Of a stretch of 64,000 nucleotides of DNA, positions 52,897 to 60,331 are shown in pieces. A model generated the notes under the pieces. It had not been told where the DNA came from. It was given only the letters and a program-made list of their open reading frames with translations, and ran no database searches. The DNA is from a virus, in IMG/VR virus record IMGVR_UViG_3300044957_000346, positions 10,429 through 74,428 of that record; one strand, given 5' to 3'. Positions within the stretch are counted from its first letter, which is position 1, and each line of letters starts with the position of its first letter. The translations under genes and the position numbers were made by a program.

Positions 52897-53012
52897 CTTG
52901 GATTGAAAACAGACATTCTACTATGGGTGAATCCAACATCGTTAAAGATATTGATGCAGGGTTTATTGCTGTAGGACAAAATTGGAACGGTAAACATGTG
53001 GTACAAACACAA

Positions 53013-53151
53013 AAGAGTGTACTGGACTTTTTTGGAAACCTATTACCCCGAAATATTTGAAAATAAAATAAATCGGTAGGGTTTTTATTACTATGTATAT
53101 GCTGATAGTCAATAACGGCTATCATAACACACACAAACACAAAAGGAAATA
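53013..53151 (+). repeat. 139-bp direct repeat A, copy 1 (structured leader with SD)
   Basis: Matches 54489-54627 with 2 mismatches. Confidence 0.92.
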
Positions 53152-53152
53152 T

Positions 53153-53368
53153 ATGTCAGATAATAATAAAACTCCCTACGAACTACGTTGGGATATATTG
53201 AGAGAAATGATCACCATCACTCAAAATGAGTGGTTCACAAAGAAAGATATTGCTGAACGTAATGCAGAAAAGAGTGGAAAACAAATAGAATATTTGGGCG
53301 ACTTTCCTCTACAAACTGCGGTTGAAAGAGCGGAGAATGTATATAATCAATTCATCTGTAAGAAATAA
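53153..53368 (+). CDS. Small hypothetical protein
   Basis: AAGGA SD; KTPYELR..IL...A...Y.FI. Confidence 0.65.
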   Translation: MSDNNKTPYELRWDILREMITITQNEWFTKKDIAERNAEKSGKQIEYLGDFPLQTAVERAENVYNQFICKK

Positions 53369-53400
53369 TAAATAAATAAAAAGTTAATGTTCCGTGTATT

Positions 53401-53471
53401 AAAACACTTGACCACTGTGACCACCCGTGTTATAGTGGTCTTGTTATTGGTACACACAAGTAAATCAAAAA
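53401..53471 (+). promoter_or_regulatory. About 70-bp direct repeat B, copy 1: sigma70 promoter with dyad
   Basis: TTGACC(53408)-N17-TATAGT(53431); near-identical copy at about 56500-56568. Confidence 0.85.
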
Positions 53472-53474
53472 ACT

Positions 53475-54467
53475 ATGATTGAAAAATTGACTCAACTGCA
53501 ACAAGATAATTTGCCCGGATACGTTAAAAAATGGGTTGATATTGGAATCAATACCGATGAGATTGACTTTTTGGAATGCGTAAATCAAATCAAGAAAGCG
53601 TACGAAGTGGTTGGCCTTGCTTCTCCTACTTATTTTATCGGTCCAGTAAATAATCCGTATGAAGCCGCAGTAGCAGAATACATTATTGGCCAATTTAGCA
53701 AAGAAAAAAAACAGTTCAACAATCCGGCGCATTTGAATCAAATGGTCTTGGAAGAAATACAAAATCAAATTAAGAGTAGTAATACTGGGAATACAAAGAG
53801 TAAATTGTCCATTTCTAATCAGGCGTATGGGTTTCAAGAGTATTGGTTGAGTTACTATGATTTTTTTATAAATGAATGCAACCTTGCAATTAATCTCGTT
53901 AAACCGCTTATTGATCTTAGCAAAGTTTGCGGTTGGTGGACTCCGTTGAAGGACGTGGCTATCATTCAGCACCGGCCTCTTGAAATTCATCGTGACAACG
54001 CCGGTCGTTTACACAATGCTGATGGTGCTGCCGTCAGATATCTAGGTATTGGTGCTGATGTCTTTTTTATTCACGGTGTTCGCGTGACCAAAAAGATAAT
54101 TGACCGTGATTTCACTGCTGATGACATCGAAAAAGAATCTAATGCTGAAGTTCGGCGTGTGATGATTGAGATATATGGACAAGCCAACTTCTTGATTGAA
54201 AGTTGTGCAGTTAAAATTCATGAGGACGATTTTGGTGTATTATATCGAAAAGACTTACGCAATGACGAGCCATTGATGATGGTAAAAGTTGTTAATTCTA
54301 CTATTGAATCCGATGGAACATTCAAGGATTATTTTATTCGTGTTGACCCTAACGCTTATGGTGGAATCAAAACTGCACACGCTGCTGTAGCTTCGACATG
54401 GAGAAATAAGGATGGAAGCATGCTCTTTAATAAACCAGAAGACTATAATTGTGATATTCAAACTTAA
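53475..54467 (+). CDS. DUF6745-like protein
   Basis: MIEKLT..Q...W..IG, WLSYYDFF, GWW.P......RP..IHRD..GRLHN.DG.AV, HGVRV, NAE.RR, NST.E.DG..K.Y..RV.P...A..A.A.T. Confidence 0.75.
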   Translation: MIEKLTQLQQDNLPGYVKKWVDIGINTDEIDFLECVNQIKKAYEVVGLASPTYFIGPVNNPYEAAVAEYIIGQFSKEKKQFNNPAHLNQMVLEEIQNQIKSSNTGNTKSKLSISNQAYGFQEYWLSYYDFFINECNLAINLVKPLIDLSKVCGWWTPLKDVAIIQHRPLEIHRDNAGRLHNADGAAVRYLGIGADVFFIHGVRVTKKIIDRDFTADDIEKESNAEVRRVMIEIYGQANFLIESCAVKIHEDDFGVLYRKDLRNDEPLMMVKVVNSTIESDGTFKDYFIRVDPNAYGGIKTAHAAVASTWRNKDGSMLFNKPEDYNCDIQT

Positions 54468-54488
54468 TCAATAACTAACAAATCATAC

Positions 54489-54627
54489 AAGAGTGTACTG
54501 GACTTTTTTGGAAACCTACTACTCCGAAATATTTGAAAATAAAATAAATCGGTAGGGTTTTTATTACTATGTATATGCTGATAGTCAATAACGGCTATCA
54601 TAACACACACAAACACAAAAGGAAATA
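54489..54627 (+). repeat. 139-bp direct repeat A, copy 2
   Basis: Matches 53013-53151. Confidence 0.92.
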
Positions 54628-54629
54628 AT

Positions 54630-54956
54630 ATGTGCAAAAAATCAAATAAAAAATCGGTATATCGTCAAGGTGATGTCTTGATTCTGCCAATCAATGAAAT
54701 TCCTAACAATTTGAACCGAACAAAACGTGTGACTCTTGCTCTTGGAGAAGTCACCGGACATCATCATAGCATTTCAGATGGTGCTGTTGGATACGCGGAT
54801 GACTCAGATGCCTTGGCAGATTATTTTGAGGTGAATGATGAATCTGCCGATTTAACTCATCAAGAACACGATACTATCACTCTTCCAAAGGGTAAATACC
54901 GTAAAGTCATTCAAGTAGAATACACTCCAGAAGCTATCAGAAATGTTGCTGATTGA
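54630..54956 (+). CDS. His-rich RQGDV protein (usual neighbour of DUF6745-like genes)
   Basis: YRQGDV...LA.GEVTGHHH...L.HQEH..I.LP.G.Y....Q.EY.P...R.VAD. Confidence 0.7.
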   Translation: MCKKSNKKSVYRQGDVLILPINEIPNNLNRTKRVTLALGEVTGHHHSISDGAVGYADDSDALADYFEVNDESADLTHQEHDTITLPKGKYRKVIQVEYTPEAIRNVAD

Positions 54957-54993
54957 GTATGTATAAGTAATCAAAATAATGACAGACAGTTTT

Positions 54994-55019
54994 AAGGGAT
55001 TATATAAAAATCCCTTTTT
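54994..55019 (+). terminator. Terminator-like hairpin abutting the first array ATG
   Basis: AAGGGATT/AATCCCTT stem plus T-run, ATG at 55020. Confidence 0.55.
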
Positions 55020-56467
55020 ATGACATTATCCGAAGAACAAATTCAACCAGTTCGGAACCAAGTTTGTGACCAAGTTCGGATCCAAGTTCGGAACCAAGTT
55101 TGTGACCAAGTTTGTGACCAAGTTCGGACCCAAGTTCGGAACCACGTTTGGCCAAACTTGGTACCAAGTTTTGGACGAAGTTTGGGACCAAGTTTGGAAC
55201 CGAACCAAGTTCGGAACCAAATTTGGAACCAAGTTCAAGAATGAACTTATGACATTATCCGAAGAACAAATTCAACCAGTTCGGAACCAAGTTTTGGACG
55301 AAGTTTGGGACCAAGTTGGGAACCAAGTTCGGATCCAAGTTGGGAACCAAGTTTGGGACGAAGTTTTGGACGAAGTTTGGAACCAAGTTGGGAACCAAGA
55401 TCGGATCCAAGTTGGGAACCAAGTTTTGGACGAAGTTTGGTTCCAAATTTGGAACCAAATTTGGAACCAAGTTCAAGAATGAACTTATGACATTATCCGA
55501 AGAACAAATTCAACCAGTTCGGAACCAAGTTTTGGACGAAGTTTGTGACCAAGTTTGTGACCAAGTTCGGAACCAAGTTGGGGACCAAGTTGGGGACCAA
55601 GTTCGGAGCCAAGTTCGGAACCAAGTTCGGGGCCAAGTTCGGGGCCAAGTTCGGGGCCAAGTTCGGGGCCAAGTTCGGAACCAAGTTGAGAGCCAAGTTT
55701 GGAACCAAGTTTGGAGCCAAGTTCGGGGTCAAGTTCGGGGTCAAGTTCGGAACCACGTTGGGAACCAAGTTCAAGAATGAACTTATGACATTATCCGAAG
55801 AACAAATTCAACCAGTTCGGAACCAAGTTTTGGACGAAGTTTGGAACCAAGTTTTGGACGAAGTTCGGAACCAAGTTGGGAACCAAGTTGGGAACCAAGT
55901 TCGGGACCAAGTTTGGAGCCAAGTTTGGAGCCCAGTTCGGGACCAAGTTCGGAACCAAGTTCAAGAATGAACTTATGACATTATCCGAAGAACAAATTCA
56001 ACCAGTTCGGAACCAAGTTTTGGACGAAGTTTGGGACCAAGTTTGGAACCGAACCAAGTTCGGAACCAAATTTAGAACCAAGTTCAAGAATGAACTTATG
56101 ACATTATCCGAAGAACAAATTCAACCAGTTCGGAACCAAGTTTGGAGCCAAGTTCGGAACCAAGTTTGGAGCCAAGTTCGGGACCAAGTTTGGAACCAAG
56201 TTTGGAGCCAAGTTCAAGAATGAACTTATGACATTATCCGAAGAACAAATTCAACCAGTTCGGAACCAAGTTTTGGACGAAGTTTGGAACCAAGTTGGGA
56301 ACCAAGTTTGGAACCAAGTTGGGAACCAAGTTCGGAACCAAGTTGGGGACCAAGTTGGGAACCAAGTTCGGAACCAAGTTCGGAGCCAAGTTGAGAGCCA
56401 AGTTGGGAACCAAGTTGAGAGCCAAGTTGGGAACCAAGTTTGGAATGTAAAATCAATATTTTTATAA
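55020..56467 (+). repeat. Seven-unit array of mini-ORFs: constant junction plus variable 12-bp tandem repeats
   Basis: ATGACATTATCCGAAGAACAAATTCAACCAGTTCGGAACCAAGTT at 55020, 55249, 55487, 55785, 55975, 56098 and 56228; units 1-6 end CAAGTTCAAGAATGAACTT. Confidence 0.97.
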
Positions 56468-56499
56468 AAATCATACTAAACAAGATAAACATCATTAAA

Positions 56500-56568
56500 A
56501 AAACACTTGACCACTGTGACCACCCGTGTTATAGTGGTTTTGTTGTTGGCACACAAGTAAATCAAAAA
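56500..56568 (+). promoter_or_regulatory. Direct repeat B, copy 2: sigma70 promoter
   Basis: TTGACC(56507)-N17-TATAGT(56530). Confidence 0.85.
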
Positions 56569-56584
56569 TAAAAAACTAAAACAT

Positions 56585-56920
56585 ATGAAGAATAATTCAC
56601 TGGTTCAATTCGTTCGGGATCGTAAGGGTCAACCCCGTGGTATGGTAATTGCTACTGTGATTGATAATACTATCCGAGTTGGTTGGAGTTATACTAATAC
56701 AAAGGCTGGGGACCGATTCAATAAGAGTCGTGCATACCAAATTGCACTTGGTCGTGCTGATACTGGTCAGGGTAACAAGGTTATGACCCCTCGTTCGGTT
56801 TACAAGGTTATGAACAAACTTGCTGTTAGGGCTGAACGATATTATAAGAATGTGCCAATGGAGTCTGGTCATACGAGCTATGTTCCTGCTGACTTTTCTG
56901 AAGATATTCGTGGCGAATAA
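56585..56920 (+). CDS. Hypothetical early protein
   Basis: Follows promoter B; GWS......D.F.K......A..RA. Confidence 0.65.
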   Translation: MKNNSLVQFVRDRKGQPRGMVIATVIDNTIRVGWSYTNTKAGDRFNKSRAYQIALGRADTGQGNKVMTPRSVYKVMNKLAVRAERYYKNVPMESGHTSYVPADFSEDIRGE

Positions 56921-56945
56921 TTTAAATAATTAATAATTATATATC

Positions 56946-57272
56946 ATGGATCGTTCTAAACAAAAGGGTACATTTACTGGTTCAATTGATGAGCTATTGA
57001 AGCGTTGTGCGAGTATTGATGTAGATAAACTTTATGCTGACTGTGAAAAGAGAGAATGCATTGATGCATTGATGCGAGAGATGGAGTGTACTGAAGAAGA
57101 AGCGGACATTCTTTATAAAGAGATTGCTTTGACTGAAGTAAAAAACACCGTAGACGATCTTGTCAAGGAAGGTCTTGTTGAAATAATTGGGTTTACCGAA
57201 GATGGTGAACCGCTGTTTGATCTGACTGAACTTGGGAAAAAAGCTCAGAATCAAATTAAAAAGGGTAAGTAA
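56946..57272 (+). CDS. Hypothetical protein (winged-helix-like C-terminus)
   Basis: LVKEGLVE...LTELGK. Confidence 0.6.
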   Translation: MDRSKQKGTFTGSIDELLKRCASIDVDKLYADCEKRECIDALMREMECTEEEADILYKEIALTEVKNTVDDLVKEGLVEIIGFTEDGEPLFDLTELGKKAQNQIKKGK

Positions 57273-57287
57273 TAATTATTTTAAGTT

Positions 57288-57364
57288 GGCCTCGTAGCTC
57301 AATTGTATAGAGTACTCGGTTTCTACCCGAAGGGTTGCAGGTTAGAGTCCTGCCGGGGCTACCA
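57288..57364 (+). tRNA. tRNA-Arg(UCU)
   Basis: Cloverleaf GGCCTCG/CGGGGCT, anticodon loop TT-TCT-AC, T-stem GCAGG/CCTGC, encoded CCA. Confidence 0.9.
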
Positions 57365-57476
57365 CTTTTTTGGTAATTTTTCAAATACTAATAATATTTA
57401 TAAGTTACCTCAAGAACTTTTTAAAAGTTCTTGATCTTTGAAAATTGAATGTTAAGATAGTTAAGTAGTAAGCGAT

Positions 57477-57565
57477 TGTTCTTTACCGCATGGTGGGAGA
57501 AGCACTCCTCTGGAACATCTATGAATGGCGGAACTGCCTCGGCCTTTAACCGAAGGGGGTCACCA
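57477..57565 (+). ncRNA. Candidate structured RNA between the two tRNAs
   Basis: GC-rich island with stems TGTTCT/GGAACA, GGAG/CTCC, CCGC/GCGG, TCGG/CCGA, ending CACCA. Confidence 0.35.
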
Positions 57566-57568
57566 AAC

Positions 57569-57768
57569 AAAGAATACAGAAACAGTATATATAAATATGA
57601 TTTTGCTTGGTTAAAAGAAAAGATTGATGTAGAAATAGATGGTGGTACACATAAAACAGAAAAAGTTAAAAAAAAATAGATAGTAGAAAAGACGAATTTA
57701 GTAGACAAGATGGTTGGCTTGTAGTAAGATTTGATGCTGACCAAGACAGAAAAATAAAGTATAATTAA
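57569..57768 (+). pseudogene. DUF559/Vsr-like endonuclease remnant
   Basis: YKYDFAW...VEIDGGTH, shift in the A9 run, then D.RKD.....GW.VVRF. Confidence 0.7.
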
Positions 57769-57783
57769 TTTAAAATTTGTAAT

Positions 57784-57861
57784 GCGCTTGAAGCCACAGT
57801 AGACCGGCAGCAGACTTTTAATCTGTCAATGGTGAGGTTGCAACTACCTCCGGGCGCACCA
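57784..57861 (+). tRNA. tRNA-Lys(UUU), atypical
   Basis: GCGCTTG/CGGGCGC acceptor, GCAGA-CTTTTAA-TCTGT, GAGGT/ACCTC T-stem, CCA. Confidence 0.8.
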
Positions 57862-57941
57862 ATTTAAACTGGTAACAACAATAAACAATGAAATCATTTG
57901 GACCTACGAAAATGTCTTTGCCGGATAGTAGCATCATCTGA

Positions 57942-60275
57942 ATGAAAACTATTGCTTCAAAGAACACGGTAGTCAACAGTCCGAACCTCACTTCGTCTGG
58001 CTTCACGATTCGTCAAAAGAATCTTGCCAAGATCATCAATATTGTTGAGAATGACATCTATTCCGACAAGATTCTTGCAGTTATTCGTGAGTATAGCTGT
58101 AACGCCTATGATGCCAACGTGGAAGCTGGCAAGCGTGATGTGCCCATCGTGGTGAATATGCCTAGTCGGCTCAGTCCCGAGTTCAAAGTGCGTGACAACG
58201 GAAATGGATTGACCGAGCAGGAAATCCATGAGGTCTACACGTCCTATGGTGAATCTACCAAGGAAAACAGCGACGACTATATCGGTCAGCTTGGTATCGG
58301 CAGCAAAAGCGGTTTTGCTTATGGTGACAATTTTGTTGTAACCAGTTGGAAGAACGGCACCAAGACGGTTTACAACGCCGTCAAGGGCAGCGACGTGCGT
58401 GAAATGGTGAAGCTCTACAGCGAGCCTAGCAACGATCCGTCTGGTATCGAGGTCAGCATTCCCGTCAAGACTGGCGACGAAGCTGTTTTCAAGAGCAAGA
58501 GCATAAATTTCTTCAAGTATTGGCAGACCCAGCCTCACATTGTTGGTGTTTCCGAGCAGGAAACCAAGACCACCGATGTTGTGATCATTGACGGTGGTGA
58601 CTGGAAGGTGGTGGATACTGAGAACAGTTATGCCAGAAACCATCGGGCTATTGCCATCATGGGCAACATTTCGTATCCTATTCAGTGGGATTTGGTTATG
58701 GAAACGCTGAACAAGAACAATCGTTGCGACTTTCGCACCAACAGCATTGTGCGATTTATCACCAACAACAGCGTGGTGATTCGTTTCAAGATTGGTGAAA
58801 TTCAGATGGCTCCCAGCCGTGAGGCTTTGCAGTACACCGAGCATACTGTTAGCAATATCGTCAAGAAACTGGAGCAGATTTGCGGCGAGCTTGAAAACAT
58901 TTTGATTGCGCAGATAAATTCTGCCAAGACGTTGTGGGAATATAAGTGCAATATCAATTGTGTGTTCAGCCGTCAGGTCAAAGGAGACCGGTATCTGAGC
59001 AATTATGGCTTGCTGGAAAACCTTGAGCTTATCTTTGAGCTTGTGAAGCCCAAGCTGACGTTCAACGGTGTCAACGTGTTGAATCCAAATTATGATGGTA
59101 TGAACGAGTGGGATCGCAATCTAGGCAAGGTTAACATCGAAGAACGAGTCAAGAATTTCACCAAGGCGTTTGATCCGCTCGTTTATGCCTACAGCTTGAC
59201 CGTCCGCAACAAGCTCAACATTGAGACTGCCTCTCATACCAATCATCTTTTCAGGTTTACTGCGAGTGATCGTAACCAGATCATGATTATGGATATGGAC
59301 CGCAAAACGCACGTCAAGCAGTGCCTCAAGTGGTACATTGGCACCAACAACATTGGACGTTTGTATGTTCTGTACTTCGGCAATGATGCTGTCAAGACTT
59401 CGTTCTTTGCCAAGAATGATATGTCTGGTGCTACAATCGTGAAGTTCAGCGACGTGTTTGCCAAGTTCAAGCCGCTCATTCCTAAGCGTAAAAGCACTGG
59501 AAAGCTGGAGGATAATACCGTCAAGTGCGGTATTCTCAATCCCACCAACCGCTTTAGCTATTACAGTCGCAATACTCTTGACAAACTCTGGGAATATCGT
59601 TCCGAGGTGAACCTCAAGACTGAATCTGGATACTATTTGGATTACAGCAACAACGAGTCTGTTACCATCAATGGCGAGAAGATGGGTGTGTGTATGTTTA
59701 TGGGAGTTGTGAATGAACTGCATTACGAGCGTATTTTGAATCTGACGCACATCAACAAAGTGCATGGTTTTGGTACGACGATTATCAACGGCAAAAAGTT
59801 TGCCCAAAACAAGTCGAACTGGACCAACATTGTTGATTATATTGAGACTGAATTGAAGAATCTCAACAAGGATGAGTATGTATTTTCTGCACTTATGAAT
59901 GAGCGCATCGAGAAGTTCGATCTGAATCTGTTCTACATCCATAAGGGTGTGCTCAATCAGTTTGTGACTCGTCTGACTCATGACAATATGTTTTCTGATC
60001 TGTATAAGATAATGCCCGAGATTAGTGAGAGCACCAATGAAAAGATGAAACTTCTGGAGCGTATCAAGGTGTCGTGTGTTCAAACCTATCACCAAAAGGC
60101 TCTCAAGCAAAAAATTGAGAACGGTTTCAATTTGATTGCTGCCAAGTATCCCATGCTCAAGACTCTGATTATGTCGTTCAATTGGAACAATATCGACACC
60201 ATGCTTCAGGCGTCAGTCGTTGATGAGATTGTCAACTATATTAATTTTGTTGACAGCACCACCAAGAAGGTGTAA
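57942..60275 (+). CDS. rIIA: rIIA-like protein (N-terminal GHKL ATPase)
   Basis: IYSDKI.AVIRE..CNA.DA, RD.G.GL, YGESTK, GQLGIGSKS, PSREAL.Y. Confidence 0.9.
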   Translation: MKTIASKNTVVNSPNLTSSGFTIRQKNLAKIINIVENDIYSDKILAVIREYSCNAYDANVEAGKRDVPIVVNMPSRLSPEFKVRDNGNGLTEQEIHEVYTSYGESTKENSDDYIGQLGIGSKSGFAYGDNFVVTSWKNGTKTVYNAVKGSDVREMVKLYSEPSNDPSGIEVSIPVKTGDEAVFKSKSINFFKYWQTQPHIVGVSEQETKTTDVVIIDGGDWKVVDTENSYARNHRAIAIMGNISYPIQWDLVMETLNKNNRCDFRTNSIVRFITNNSVVIRFKIGEIQMAPSREALQYTEHTVSNIVKKLEQICGELENILIAQINSAKTLWEYKCNINCVFSRQVKGDRYLSNYGLLENLELIFELVKPKLTFNGVNVLNPNYDGMNEWDRNLGKVNIEERVKNFTKAFDPLVYAYSLTVRNKLNIETASHTNHLFRFTASDRNQIMIMDMDRKTHVKQCLKWYIGTNNIGRLYVLYFGNDAVKTSFFAKNDMSGATIVKFSDVFAKFKPLIPKRKSTGKLEDNTVKCGILNPTNRFSYYSRNTLDKLWEYRSEVNLKTESGYYLDYSNNESVTINGEKMGVCMFMGVVNELHYERILNLTHINKVHGFGTTIINGKKFAQNKSNWTNIVDYIETELKNLNKDEYVFSALMNERIEKFDLNLFYIHKGVLNQFVTRLTHDNMFSDLYKIMPEISESTNEKMKLLERIKVSCVQTYHQKALKQKIENGFNLIAAKYPMLKTLIMSFNWNNIDTMLQASVVDEIVNYINFVDSTTKKV

Positions 60276-60331
60276 GATTATAACAAGACGAATAAAGTAG
60301 GTCGGCTAAACAAAAAAACAAAAATAAACAT

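Noticed and set aside
53430-53990. 186-aa antisense ORF, and similar ones at 50036-50485 and 6610-6927
   Set aside because: They overlap well-supported genes on the opposite strand or in another frame and have no motifs.
55020-56467. True CRISPR array
   Set aside because: The intervening tracts are degenerate 12-bp tandem repeats of very unequal length, not unique spacers; the constant part encodes a stop/start junction; no cas genes are in the window.
55026-56495. Alternative-frame and antisense ORFs in the array (TKFG, LVPN, EPSW, SQLG repeats)
   Set aside because: They arise because the 12-mer lacks stops in most frames. The QVxx frame is the one with an ATG and stop fixed in the constant junction and on the same strand as the flanking genes.
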